From Naegleria gruberi (Eukaryota): 64,000 nucleotides of DNA. The notes beneath the pieces are model-generated. The model saw only the letters and a list, made by a program, of their open reading frames with translations, did not search any database and was not told where the DNA came from. The first letter of the stretch is position 1, and each line of letters starts with the position of its first letter. The position numbers and the translations under genes were made by a program. Shown here piece by piece: positions 28,046 to 39,468 of this stretch. The stretch is taken from the NCBI GenBank assembly GCA_000004985.1, contig GG738869.1. One strand, given 5' to 3'.

Positions 28046-30412
28046 ATGGGAGGAGAAACTGAACCATCTAACGAAGCTCTAATATCACCAATTACACCTT
28101 TTTCAACCATTATTCCAAATACCTATTCTCAACAACAAGCTAATTTTGATTCAAGTACAATATCCGAAGAGAGGAATGATGGTGATAGTATCAATAGAGT
28201 TACCTCTCTTCCACCATTACCATCATTAGACTCTCCCAAGAAAAAACCTCTTCCATCCATTAACACTCTTTCTCCACCAAGAAAGACTTCAAAACCACTC
28301 CCACCAAGACCAACACAAACCTCTACGGAAATTAATAATTTAGTATTTTCTCATCCCTCTGCTATGAATACAACTTATTCTTCCGATAATTTTACCACCA
28401 ACAATCCATCCTATCCATCCACACCTCCAAAAGTTTTGTTCCGAGATTATACTGAGAATAATTTAGAGCCAGCTTCCAGTATTAATACATATAATTACGA
28501 GTTTGCAAATATAAACCCTGAACCAATATCACATATATTTACAAATGTAGATGGTAGTATGCACCGTAGTTCCTCCTTTGCGGGTACTTTGGTCAACAGA
28601 CGTTCAATTCCTTCGAATGTTGGTTTAAACTCTATACAGGAGGAAGCTATGATTCGTACTCAAAGTTATGACAAATTTAAATTGGACGAATTAAAGAAAC
28701 AAGGATCGACTGCTGCTGGCAATAATAACGGAAATAATAATAATAAGAGACATAAGAAAATATTTTATAATACTGAATTTTTGGAGAAATGCGGATTTAG
28801 TAATAATTCTATTGAACAGCAACAAATCAAACAACTGAAACAGGATGAACTTCAAGAGGAACAGATTCGTAGAATGCATTCTGAACAAGAACAAAAAATG
28901 AAGCAAATGGAATTAGAAGAGTTGGCTCTCGTCAACCGAACTTTACAACAAGAGTTCAGTTTTTCAGAATTTTTAACTTCTCAACCAAAATACTCATGGA
29001 GTGACTTTTTTGCCCATAACAAGAATGCATTTAGTTTAATCAGAGCTATGGCATCTCAATGGTCATGGGGAGAAATGACCTTGGGACTCGAATATTTTGC
29101 AAGAAGTAAGGGCAAGATGAAACGTGATTTTACTCAATTCAAATTAGAGTCAGATTTAGAGAGACTGCCAGCTTCAAACGTTGAGGTTTGGAGACATTAT
29201 GCACGTTTAACCTATCAAGTTTTTAGAGACTCGATAGAGGACATACCAAGGAACACCCGTTTGGAACTTCACAAAATTATTGCCTACGATAGAACTCAAC
29301 AAGCCATGAGACCTGGATATTTTCTGTGTGTGGACGACTATACAAAATCGGTTCTGGTTATTTTTAGAGGAACAAAATCATTTAGTGATATTCTGACTGA
29401 TTTGCACTGCTCCTCTATTCGTTACAAACATGGATATTGTCACAAAGGAATTTTGACAGCTGCTCAATATTTTGATTCGAACAAATTCATCAAGGAAGTG
29501 GTTAAAAGAACTCTTGAGCATCATCCAGGATACAAATTAAGGTTGCTGGGTCATAGCTTGGGTGGTGGTACTGCAGCTATATTGTCCACTATGTGGAAGA
29601 AAGACTTTCCTGATATTCACTGTTATGCATTTGCATGTCCACCAGTTTTATCACAAATTTTAGCTGACGAATGTGCTGACTATGTTACAAGTTTTGTAAA
29701 TGGTGATGATTTTGTAACAAGATTATCAATGACAGCTGTTCACGAATTGAGAAAGGAAGTACAGAACTATCCTTGGAAGGAGGAAATGATGAAAGATATT
29801 CAAAACTCAACACTTGGAAAGTTTGCAGCTGGAGTTAAAAATTATGCATCTGGTTTATTTAGTGGATTATTTGGAGGTAGTAAGAAGGCAGATGTAGTAG
29901 AGCCAATCATAGAAGTTAAAAAGGATGTAATCAAGACAGAACCTATCACCACAAACATTACAACAATAAGTACAGGAGAAGATGCCAAAAGAATTGAGTA
30001 CGATCAATCTAATTCATCGATGGAGGATCAAGATATTTCCAGTTCAAGTAATGCTGATGATGTGCAGAGTACAGATGAGCCTCTTTCCTCAATCTCACAA
30101 AGCACTAATGATGATGTTTTCCCTTCTTCAGGCTCAACTGTTAAAAGAAAAGTTTCCAAAAAACCAAAGAGGAACCCAGATTCTCCACTGATTATTAATG
30201 ATTATGAAAATCTTGTTGTGACTCTCTTCCCAGCTGGTTGTGTCTATCAAATTAGAAATATTGATGACACTGTGTACATAAAAAAGGCCAATAAGGAAGA
30301 CATTACTTCCATAATTTTGAGTGACAGCTACAAGGAAGATCACAGAATGATCAACTATTTATGTAATCTTGATGCTTACAATCCAATAACAACCGAGAGT
30401 AGTGTAATATAA
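28046..30412 (+). CDS. Class 3 (fungal-type / DAG-lipase-like) lipase with a long disordered N-terminus
   Basis: 788-aa ORF. FRGTKSFSDILTDL ... LLGHSLGGGTAAIL (GxSxG nucleophile elbow) ... FVNGDDFVTRLS are lipase_3 signatures. Confidence 0.8.
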   Translation: MGGETEPSNEALISPITPFSTIIPNTYSQQQANFDSSTISEERNDGDSINRVTSLPPLPSLDSPKKKPLPSINTLSPPRKTSKPLPPRPTQTSTEINNLVFSHPSAMNTTYSSDNFTTNNPSYPSTPPKVLFRDYTENNLEPASSINTYNYEFANINPEPISHIFTNVDGSMHRSSSFAGTLVNRRSIPSNVGLNSIQEEAMIRTQSYDKFKLDELKKQGSTAAGNNNGNNNNKRHKKIFYNTEFLEKCGFSNNSIEQQQIKQLKQDELQEEQIRRMHSEQEQKMKQMELEELALVNRTLQQEFSFSEFLTSQPKYSWSDFFAHNKNAFSLIRAMASQWSWGEMTLGLEYFARSKGKMKRDFTQFKLESDLERLPASNVEVWRHYARLTYQVFRDSIEDIPRNTRLELHKIIAYDRTQQAMRPGYFLCVDDYTKSVLVIFRGTKSFSDILTDLHCSSIRYKHGYCHKGILTAAQYFDSNKFIKEVVKRTLEHHPGYKLRLLGHSLGGGTAAILSTMWKKDFPDIHCYAFACPPVLSQILADECADYVTSFVNGDDFVTRLSMTAVHELRKEVQNYPWKEEMMKDIQNSTLGKFAAGVKNYASGLFSGLFGGSKKADVVEPIIEVKKDVIKTEPITTNITTISTGEDAKRIEYDQSNSSMEDQDISSSSNADDVQSTDEPLSSISQSTNDDVFPSSGSTVKRKVSKKPKRNPDSPLIINDYENLVVTLFPAGCVYQIRNIDDTVYIKKANKEDITSIILSDSYKEDHRMINYLCNLDAYNPITTESSVI

Positions 30413-30614
30413 TGTAAATAAAATCTCGATTTTTGACCATTAAGGAATTTAATCATTTCACAACAAACAATTAGAAAGCACAATTTTCTTTTTTTGTATT
30501 GGAAAGGGAGCAAGCAATTAATTGAACTCAATTCGGAAATATTGAGCTATAATTTTAGAATGGATGTTGTATTGGTTGTGGTTGTATGGTTGCTAAAATA
30601 ATCAATCCTACAAA

Positions 30615-33600
30615 ATGTCACAACATCAAACAACACTACAACTACTCATTTCCCTGTTTTTATTTTTGATTGTTGTTCAATGCACAGCATCAACAATGGA
30701 ATACAATACTAGTCTATCATTTGGTATTGATACACTGGTTGGCTATGATCCGAATAATGGAAATAATCTTCCTTCAATATATGCCAATTTGAATCCCAAT
30801 AATTTGACATTTGGCACGAATACAAAGATAATGTTCATGTATGATGGTGTTAGGAATGCCATCATGAAACTTGATCTGAAAACAAATCTGATTTCGAAAT
30901 TAATTGATTTAGAATATAGAGCGCTCTCAATATTAGAAACTAGAAATGGAATTTTATTTACAGATGCTCAAGGAAGGAATATTAAAATGTTGGCCAATGA
31001 TTCAATTTCTATTGTGGCAGGAACATTAACAACAGGATATTCAGGTTTGTTGATCTTGGGATGATTTTATTTTAAACTAATATTTGATATTAAAAGGGGA
31101 TGGAATTGCAAACGAAACGAAACTAAACTCTCCAAAGGGATTAATTGAGGATGGTAATGGAAATATTTATTTCATCGATTACTATAATTATAGATTGAGG
31201 AAATTATCAGGTAATATGATTTCAACAATAGCTGGTGATGGAAAGAATGAAAATAATGGAGATGGAGGATCAGCTCTAAAGGCCAACTTGAAAAATCCTT
31301 CCAATCTGGCACTAATTGACCACAACTTATACATTTTATGTGATACAGCAATAAGGAGAATTGATTTAATCACAAGTAAGATTTACAGTTTCTCAGTTGA
31401 AAGTCCATTCAAATTTACTGGAATTTTCCAAGCCAATGGAACAATTTTTGTTCACTCTGCTACTGCAATTGGTAAAATTCAATCCAATCAGAAGATTTCT
31501 ATCATTTCCGGATCAGCATCTGTATCGGGTCCTTCTGTAAATAATATTCCAGCAATTGATGCCTTATTCAAACAAATAAGTTCAATTGGGGTACTTTCGT
31601 CTGAGTTAGGGGATGTTATTTATGTTTATGATTCTTCAAATAATGATATTAGGGTTATTAATGAGACTCGTTTTATTAATCTGTTGGCTGGTGTTAAATC
31701 TTTGAAAGCAAATGTGGATTTATCGGCTCCTTATTTTATTTCTAATGATCCAATTGGACTTGCTGAGCTGATTAATGGTGATTTAGCCTTTTCGCATTCA
31801 GGTGGAATTGCCAAATATTCCAATGGATTGATAACAAACATAGTCGAATCTTCTAGCCCAATATTAGGAATTGCTTTCTATGAGAAAGAGGATGAGCTCT
31901 ATTATGTGGATTCGAACTCAAAAATTAAAAAGCTCAAAGATGGAGAAACGATACACGTAGCAGGAGCATCGAATGGACAAAATGCAGACAACATTCCAGC
32001 ATCAAAAGCATTACTTTCCTCTCCGTATGGAATTTCAATAGATCAAAGCAATGGAGACATTTATTTCACTGAACAATCAGGAAATAGAATACGAAAGATT
32101 TCTCAAGGAATTTTAACAACAGTTTGTGGAAATGGTCAAGCAGGAGATTCTGGAGATAAAGGGGAGTCCATTAAGGCACTAGTGAATAATCCAAGTGGAA
32201 TTCAGTTTACACAAAATGGAGAGATTTATTTCGCTGATTCAGGTAATAATCGTATTCGAAAGATTGTGAACGGTACCATTAACACAGTTGCTGGGGCAAA
32301 TGTTTGTAATGCTAAGGAAGGATCAAAAATGGCCACTGAAACGGTGTTGAGAAATCCAACTTTCGTTTATGTCTATCCGAATGGTGATTTTCTCATAACA
32401 GAAACAAACTCTCATTTGGTGAGAAGAGTTTCAAAAGGATTTATTTACACTATTGCAGGTACTGGACTATCTGGAGAGGGACCTGATTCAGTTCTGGCTC
32501 TTCAATCAGCTTTAACAAGTCCCAAGTCAATCATTCATTCATTTTCAATGAAACGAGTTGTACTAGTTGATAAGACCAATAGAGTGAGAATCTTAACTCC
32601 TTATTGTGAAGAGGGATATGTATTAGATGTTTATGGAGCATTCTGCATTCCTTTCTGTTTTGGAATTCTTGCAAATGATACAAATACTTGCTCTGGAAAG
32701 GGAGAATGTTCTTCATTCAACAGATGTAATTGTGCAGCATCCTATGGAGGAGAACAGTGTAATATTTCTAAATGTTTTGGAGTATTGGCAACTGACTCAA
32801 AGACATGCAGTGGAAGAGGAAAATGTTTGGATGGAATTTGTGATTGTGGAGGTAAATTCATTGGAACTAATTGTGAAATTCCCATTTGCTATGGAAAAGC
32901 TTCAAACGAGAGTGAAGTTTGTGGCGCTCATGGAAAATGTTCTAATTGGAATACGTGCGAATGTTTGGATAAGTATTCAGGCAGTTCGTGTCAATATCCT
33001 ATTTGTTTCGGCATTGCTTCAACCAGCCCTACTGTTTGCAGTGGAAGAGGAGTATGTACAGGACCAGATTCTTGTAATTGTCAATCTGGATCTTCTGGTA
33101 CTATTTGTGAAGTATCGAGAGAAGAAATTGACAAACAGAATCGAGAGAGAATAATCATAATAATTAGCTCAGTTTCAGGCTCCTTATTCTTATTATTCTG
33201 CTGTATTATTTGGACAATATCGGTATTCATATTCACCAATAGAAAGCTCAACCAACGACACAATGCAGAGCTAGATATGGAAAAGAAACTTCTTGAATTT
33301 GAGTTCAATGATTCACAATCTTCAGTCAGGGAATCAGTCTACCTCTTTTCACAACACCAGAAACCATACTTGATACCAATAGAAGATATTACATTTGTTA
33401 AAAAGATTGGAATTGGAGGATTTTCAAATGTTTATTTGGGAAAGTGGAACCAGTCGTTTGTGGCTGTCAAATCTGTTGAAAATCAAGACGATAGAGCTGA
33501 TGATGTATTTGAAAAAGAAGCACAAACTTTGTGTGCCCTCAAACATCCAAATATTATCACTTTTTATGGAATTTCATTTTCAGAGAGCAGAAAATTGCTG

Positions 33601-34371
33601 ATTGTGGAATATTTTGAAAAGGGAAGTTTAGATAAGTACATTGAAGCACTCACTACAAGGAAGATTAATTGCTCTCTAGAGAAAAAGATCAATTACTTGT
33701 TGCATATTGCTAATGGAATGGCCTATCTTCACTCGTACAAACCTAATCCTATTGTTCACAGAGATTTGAAACCAGCCAATGTTTTAATGTCAGAGAATGG
33801 AATTCTCAAGATATGTGATTTTGGATTGAGTAGAAGTTTGAATTACGAAACCAAGTCAGCCATGACATCCAATATTGGAAGTTTCTATTATTTGTCTCCA
33901 GGTAAGTTGTTTTTGGGTAGTTTATAATAATTTGATCTAAATCTGAAAGAAATGTTAAATGGAAGCAATCAAAAGAAATATGCAACTGCTTTGGATGTGT
34001 TCAGTTTTTCAATCATTGCTTGGGAATTACTTTTTGAAGAGGGAAATCCATACGATTATTCCAACAGAACAAAAGTATTTTATACAATGAATGAGGAAAA
34101 ACAGCTTCGATATGAAAAACTCAGTCCATTTAATGTTCCAACTCTTGTTTCTCAAGGCCTGAGACCACCAATTCCATTCGATTCGTCCGAAAGTTGTAAA
34201 GATTGGTGTAGCTTATTCGCAACCTCTGAAAAAGAACATTATCTCATTATTTTACAATTAACTGATTTGATTAAGCGTTGTTGGGATGAAAGACCCGAAC
34301 AGAGACCTTCATTTATAGAGATTGTGAACATATTATCTCAATTCGAAACTTATTTCTCACATGATTTGTAA
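30615..34371 (+). CDS. Receptor-type protein kinase, 3 exons, 1218 aa: signal peptide, NHL repeats, four tandem EGF-like Cys repeats, TM helix, TKL-like kinase domain
   Basis: Exons 30615..31044, 31097..33901 and 33950..34371. Introns 31045..31096 (GTTTGT..AAAG) and 33902..33949 (GTAAGT..GAAAG). The junctions restore TTGYSG|DGIANETKLNSPKG and YYLSP|EMLNG. NHL blades read NxIRKI...G.I.T.AG. Transmembrane helix IIIIISSVSGSLFLLFCCIIWTISVFIF. Kinase motifs GIGGFSNVY, VAVKSV, HRDLKPANVL and DFGLS. Confidence 0.85.
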
Positions 34372-34670
34372 GATAATGGAAGAGTTTCGTTGGAAATAGA
34401 GTCAGGACTTGTATGTTGTGCTGGCCCTTTCACTGGAGTAATATCTCTAGTAGAAAGTTCCTAATAAAAATTGGTCTATTTAGTCTTTCTGTTGACAGTT
34501 GTGTTTTCTTCCCATCTCAAAAATTCTAAAAGAGGGCAGTTATCTTCTGTAAAAATTCAAGAATCATTAAGCTAGCGGATGTGGTTCGTTTGACATTTGG
34601 AATATTTAACCTAAATTTGACAGAATATTAAAAACAAGAAAATTCAATAAATAAATTCTAAAAAAGTTAT

Positions 34671-36719
34671 TTAATCAGATAAATCTTCAAAGCATCTGCC
34701 TTCCTTTCTCATCAAATCAATGTGTGAATCAGCAACTCTGTCATCAACACCCTCAATATTCTTAATGATATCCTTGATGACATTGTAAGCTCTTGTTCCA
34801 AAACCTGAAACACCTCCACACAAATATAAATTTCCTTTTGATCTACTGAGCATTTGATAAACCTTTTCCTTGTTTTCATAAATGGCATCAGCAATCATCT
34901 TTCTGTCAGTTCCAGAGTAAGCAAAATGAGATTCAGAAATGAGACCATCCTTAACAGCTTGTTCAATTTCCTTCTTGTAAATAACTTCTTCAGGTCCTCT
35001 AACACCATAGAACAAAATTGAAGGACCGAATTTGATGTTTGGATTTCTCATTTGTTGAACTCTTCTTTCATCAATAAATCCTCTGAATGGAGCAATACCT
35101 GTACCACCAGCAATACAAACGATTGGTGTTTCAGGATTTTCTGGAAGTCTGAATGAAGAAGTTCTGATAACAACAGGACATGCAATAGATGGTTTGCACT
35201 CTGACAAGTAGTTGGAACACAATCCAAAGAATGTCTTGGTATTATCAATTGGCTGTACAAGTGGACCGTAGGTAATTCTCAAAATTTTTCCTTCTCCTCT
35301 CTTCTTTCTTTCTTCATTTTCTAATCTAGATGAAGAAATTGAATAGTATCTTGGTTGATTCTTTGGTAAGATACCAATGAGATCTTGCCATGTCACCTTA
35401 ATGGATGGGAATTTCTCTAACATATCTACAATATTTAACATTTTGTTCTTGACTTCAGTCAAGTATTTTTCACTCTTCCAAGATTCCAATGTAGCTTTTT
35501 CTTCGGCATTGGTTGCCTTGTCTGCCAAGAAACCTAATAAAGAAGGAGAAACGACACCATTCAAATCAAAGAATTGAGACATGGCCTGATATAAAGTAAT
35601 TGGGCTATCTCTAGTGGCAATAAATGGTGGCAATTCAATACTACATGTTGGTGTTTCAAGAGTAAAGATAATTTCCTCCATAGGCAAATCCAATTTCAAG
35701 AAACTTTCCAATCTTTTAACAAGAGATGATGGATTGGTTGGGAAAATGCAAATATGGTCACCAGTCTCATAATCTATTGGAGTTCCTTCAATATCAAACT
35801 CAATCTCAAGACGTAATCTATTGGATTCTGGACATAAATTCTTTACGGATTGAATCTTCAATGGGAATGGGTTCTTTGGTGAAACTGGTGAGCTGGCATC
35901 ATAGGAACGAACAAATTGTCTTAACTTGTCTCTATATTTGGCTTTATCTAGAAGACGAAAAAAATGCTTGCCATTTGTTGTCACACCTTCTCCCATTTGA
36001 CTTGTTTCACTTTGAGATGGTACTTGGCATGAAGATGCAGTAGATGAATTGGATGTTTCATTTTCCTTTTGTTTCAAGAATTCAATAAATTCATTCTTCC
36101 AATTTTCAAAATCAGTTTCAATACCTTCTTCACCACCATCGTCTCCTTCACCTCTCTTGAATTGTAAATCACTTCCCAAATCCTTTAAACGTTGTTCCAT
36201 TCTTTTACCAACAGCTTGATATCTTTCAGGGAAGTTGGCAGAATTTCCCAAACCAAAAATTGCATAATTTGGTGCATTGTTTTTGAAATCCAAACTCTTA
36301 GTATTGTCACTCATAAAAAATTCATAAAATGGTTTAGCATTGTCAGTTGGTTGACCTTCACCGTAGTTTGACATGATAAATAATACAATATTATACAAAT
36401 CATTTTTTTGTAAGCCAAATGACAAGGCCCTTTCTGGTTCAATATCACTCAAATCAACAACTTTAACACTTGACAAGAATGATGGATTTTTCTCCATCAA
36501 TTCGCTCTTCAAACCTTCAGCAAACATTTGTGCAGTTCCCGTTTGTGACCCATAACAAATTAACAAGTTTGTCTTGGACATGTCGACAAGACTTGCATGG
36601 AACTGTCTCATACATGCTGCTTTAAAAACACTTGTATTGGTATTCATTCTATGTTGACCAGAGCATGCATTGCGAAGTAATACACTGCAAGCATTCATTT
36701 TCAGTTTATTCATCATCAT
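34671..36719 (-). CDS. Diflavin NADPH-dependent reductase (cytochrome P450 reductase-like: flavodoxin + FAD + NADPH domains) with a basic N-terminal extension and no membrane anchor
   Basis: The track start at 36725 is GTG; the first ATG is at 36719. LLICYGSQTGTAQ is the FMN site. RYYSISSS is the FAD site (RxYS motif). CIAGGTGIAPFRGF is the NADPH site. About 50 N-terminal residues before the flavodoxin domain contain almost no acidic residues. Confidence 0.8.
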   Translation of the reverse strand: MMMNKLKMNACSVLLRNACSGQHRMNTNTSVFKAACMRQFHASLVDMSKTNLLICYGSQTGTAQMFAEGLKSELMEKNPSFLSSVKVVDLSDIEPERALSFGLQKNDLYNIVLFIMSNYGEGQPTDNAKPFYEFFMSDNTKSLDFKNNAPNYAIFGLGNSANFPERYQAVGKRMEQRLKDLGSDLQFKRGEGDDGGEEGIETDFENWKNEFIEFLKQKENETSNSSTASSCQVPSQSETSQMGEGVTTNGKHFFRLLDKAKYRDKLRQFVRSYDASSPVSPKNPFPLKIQSVKNLCPESNRLRLEIEFDIEGTPIDYETGDHICIFPTNPSSLVKRLESFLKLDLPMEEIIFTLETPTCSIELPPFIATRDSPITLYQAMSQFFDLNGVVSPSLLGFLADKATNAEEKATLESWKSEKYLTEVKNKMLNIVDMLEKFPSIKVTWQDLIGILPKNQPRYYSISSSRLENEERKKRGEGKILRITYGPLVQPIDNTKTFFGLCSNYLSECKPSIACPVVIRTSSFRLPENPETPIVCIAGGTGIAPFRGFIDERRVQQMRNPNIKFGPSILFYGVRGPEEVIYKKEIEQAVKDGLISESHFAYSGTDRKMIADAIYENKEKVYQMLSRSKGNLYLCGGVSGFGTRAYNVIKDIIKNIEGVDDRVADSHIDLMRKEGRCFEDLSD

Positions 36720-37115
36720 CTTCACTTAGTGGATGTAGTAACAGATGTGTGTGTGGATGTATTTTTTTTGAATCTTTAATTGTTCCTTCATCAATTATTG
36801 ATTCTTTTCATATAATATTATCATCGGGATGATGATTCATTCCTTTTGAGCAATTATGAGAATATTCAAATGCATGTATGTGTTTTATCTGAACGCACTA
36901 ATGGATTCTGAACTCTATTAATTTCTTTAATTGGCACTCGTAAAATCTTTAAATCTGTAGAGGGAGATGAAGAAAAAACAAGTCCCGTTACCCCTCATCT
37001 TCAATTTATTACCATCTCTTGTGTGAGTCATAGGCTGTCATCCGTTCAAGCAATTCTAATGAACAATGTTGTAGAAACAAGCAAAAATGAAGACCATTAA
37101 AGGAAACTAGTAATT

Positions 37116-37126
37116 TTTGGCGGGAG
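37116..37126 (+). promoter_or_regulatory. E2F-consensus-like motif TTTGGCGGGAG in the reductase/HCP divergent intergenic region
   Basis: Exact 11-mer, also present at 15064-15074. It matches the textbook E2F site TTTGGCGGGA. It is GC-rich within AT-rich intergenic DNA. Function is not demonstrated. Confidence 0.2.
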
Positions 37127-37359
37127 GTGTATGAAAGCTCTATTGGTACGCACAAATGGGTTTACCACCAATTCTGAACAAAAAAACATTGAAAAATAAT
37201 AAAACTCACAAATGGTGAATCTATTTCAATTAGACAATAAAGTAGCTGTCGTTAGCTGGATGTGTCGTAAGAGAATCTTTTGTTGGCTTTAAATATTCAC
37301 ATTTCTTCTTGTCACTTTGATCAACTAATAACAAAAAAACAACAACACACAACAACAAG

Positions 37360-39297
37360 ATGATCAGACAATCTGCTTCTAAGCTTTTCTCTAGAGTTGC
37401 TTCCAAATCCATGCAAGTTAATGCTGGAAAGAATTTGGCTGCCTGTTCCATGATCAAGATGAATCATCAAACAACCACTCAAGCTAGAATGAATTTCTCA
37501 CAACAATACAATATGAATAGATCTGATAAGATGTTCTGTTTCCAATGTGAACAAACACAAAATGGTACTGGTTGCACAACTGTTGGTGTTTGCGGTAAGA
37601 CACCATCAGTTGCTGCATTGCAAGATTTAACCATTTATCAAACTCGTCAATTGTGTGCTTTGGCTACTTTGGCCAAGAGACAAGGATCTGTTGTTCCTTC
37701 ATTGATGGAAAAGGTTGATGACTTTGTTTTGAGAGCCATGTATAGTACTTTGACTAATGTCAATTTTGATGAACTCAGATTTGTCGAATTTTTGAAGGAA
37801 GGTTCTGAATTGACTCAACAAGTCAAGAAGGAAATGTTAGGTGGAAAGATTCCACAAGAATTCTCTGAATTGCTCACTGTCACTGAAACTGATGCTCAAT
37901 TCGATGCCATCTTGAGTCAAGCTACTTCTGCCACAGATGAAGCTACTGGAAAATTGATTGATATGGGTAAATCTGTTGGTGTTCAACCACATCACAAACA
38001 TTATGGAGCTGATACTAATGCTCTCCGTGAATTGCTCCAATATGGTCTCAAGGGTTTGTGTGCTTATACTAAGGAAGCTTCTCTCTTGGGTAAGAATGAT
38101 GCTGCTGTTGTCAATGAATTCATTAGAACTGCCATGTGTACTTTGGCTGGTGTTTCACCTGATGGTAAGGTTGACCCATACAATGCTAATGATATCATTG
38201 GTATGGCATTGAAGTGTGGTGAAGTCAACGTTAGAACTATGCAATTGATGGACGAAGGTGCTTTTGAACGTTTTGGTCAAATGGCTCCAAACAATGTTAG
38301 AACTACTCCACTCCCAGGTAAATCAATCTTGGTTTCTGGTCACGATATGGGTGATTTGTTGGCCATTTTGAAGCAAACTGAAGGAAAGGGTATCAATGTT
38401 TACACTCACGGTGAATTGTTGCCAGCTCATGGTTATCCTGAGCTCAGAAAGTTCAAACACTTAGTTGGTAACTATGGTGGTGCTTGGCAACAACAAAAGA
38501 TTGAATTCTCCAACTTTAAGGGTGCTATTGTCATGACTACTAACTGTATCATTGAACCAAGAAAGCAATATAAGGATAGAATCTTCACTACCTCAGTTGT
38601 TGGTTGGCCAGGTGTCACTCACATTAAGAATAGAGATTTCTCTGCTGTTATTGAAAAGGCTTTGGCTACAGAAGGTTTCCCAGAATCATTTGCCAATGAA
38701 AAGGTTGAACATGTCACAACTGGTTTCGGTCATCGTACAGTTTTGAGTCTTGCTGATGTTATTGTTAATGCTGTTAAGAGAGGTGATATTAAGAGATTCC
38801 ATCTTATTGGTGGTTGTGATGGTACTGAAGGTGAAAGATCATACTATAAGAATATTGCTACATCCCTTCCAAAGGATAACGTTATCCTCACTTTAGGTTG
38901 TGCCAAGTACAGATTCAACAAGATTGACTTTGGTACTATTACTACTCAAGATCCAAAGACTAATTCTGATGTTGCCTTGCCAAGATTGTTGGATGTTGGT
39001 CAATGTAACGATGCTTATGGAGCTGTAGTTATTGCTAGTGCTTTGGCTGAAGCTTTCGGTACTAAGGATCTCAACCAATTGCCACTCAACTTTGTTATTT
39101 CTTGGTTCGAACAAAAGGCTGTTGTTATTTTCTTGACAATGCTCCACCTTGGTTTGAAGAATGTCAGAATTGGTCCAAACTTGCCTGCCTTTATTCCTCC
39201 ATCCACTCTCCAATTCCTCGTTGAAACCTTCAAGTTACATCCAATCAATGCTAAGGATCCTGTTGCTGATATGGAAATGATGCAAAAGGGACTTTAA
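37360..39297 (+). CDS. hcp: Hybrid-cluster protein (prismane protein / hydroxylamine reductase family) with a 57-aa N-terminal extension
   Basis: 645-aa ORF. The N-terminal Cys motif CFQCEQTQNGTGCTTVGVCGKTP (Cx2Cx8Cx5C, 37531-37600) has the same spacing I recall for Desulfovibrio-type class 1 HCP. Conserved GHDMGDL, TNCI and IGGCDG blocks. Strongly biased codon use (GGT/GCT/ACT/AAG/TTC), similar to the ribosomal protein gene in this window. Confidence 0.9.
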   Translation: MIRQSASKLFSRVASKSMQVNAGKNLAACSMIKMNHQTTTQARMNFSQQYNMNRSDKMFCFQCEQTQNGTGCTTVGVCGKTPSVAALQDLTIYQTRQLCALATLAKRQGSVVPSLMEKVDDFVLRAMYSTLTNVNFDELRFVEFLKEGSELTQQVKKEMLGGKIPQEFSELLTVTETDAQFDAILSQATSATDEATGKLIDMGKSVGVQPHHKHYGADTNALRELLQYGLKGLCAYTKEASLLGKNDAAVVNEFIRTAMCTLAGVSPDGKVDPYNANDIIGMALKCGEVNVRTMQLMDEGAFERFGQMAPNNVRTTPLPGKSILVSGHDMGDLLAILKQTEGKGINVYTHGELLPAHGYPELRKFKHLVGNYGGAWQQQKIEFSNFKGAIVMTTNCIIEPRKQYKDRIFTTSVVGWPGVTHIKNRDFSAVIEKALATEGFPESFANEKVEHVTTGFGHRTVLSLADVIVNAVKRGDIKRFHLIGGCDGTEGERSYYKNIATSLPKDNVILTLGCAKYRFNKIDFGTITTQDPKTNSDVALPRLLDVGQCNDAYGAVVIASALAEAFGTKDLNQLPLNFVISWFEQKAVVIFLTMLHLGLKNVRIGPNLPAFIPPSTLQFLVETFKLHPINAKDPVADMEMMQKGL

Positions 39298-39468
39298 ATT
39301 GCGCCTATTTCTCTATTTCTGTAAAATATAAAAATAAAACATTAAAAAAAATTAAAAATCACCAAGTTTATTCTTTTGCTCTTTAACTCATTTCTAAACT
39401 AAATCAGAGAATTATGTAGCAAAAACAATGAGGAATATTTGAATTTTTTTTTGCAAAGGTTAAAAGGT

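Noticed and set aside
32627-33154. 175-aa plus-strand ORF overlapping the receptor kinase gene in another frame
   Set aside because: It is a shadow ORF within the Cys-rich repeat region. The annotated frame has clear EGF-like periodicity and continuity with the NHL and kinase domains.
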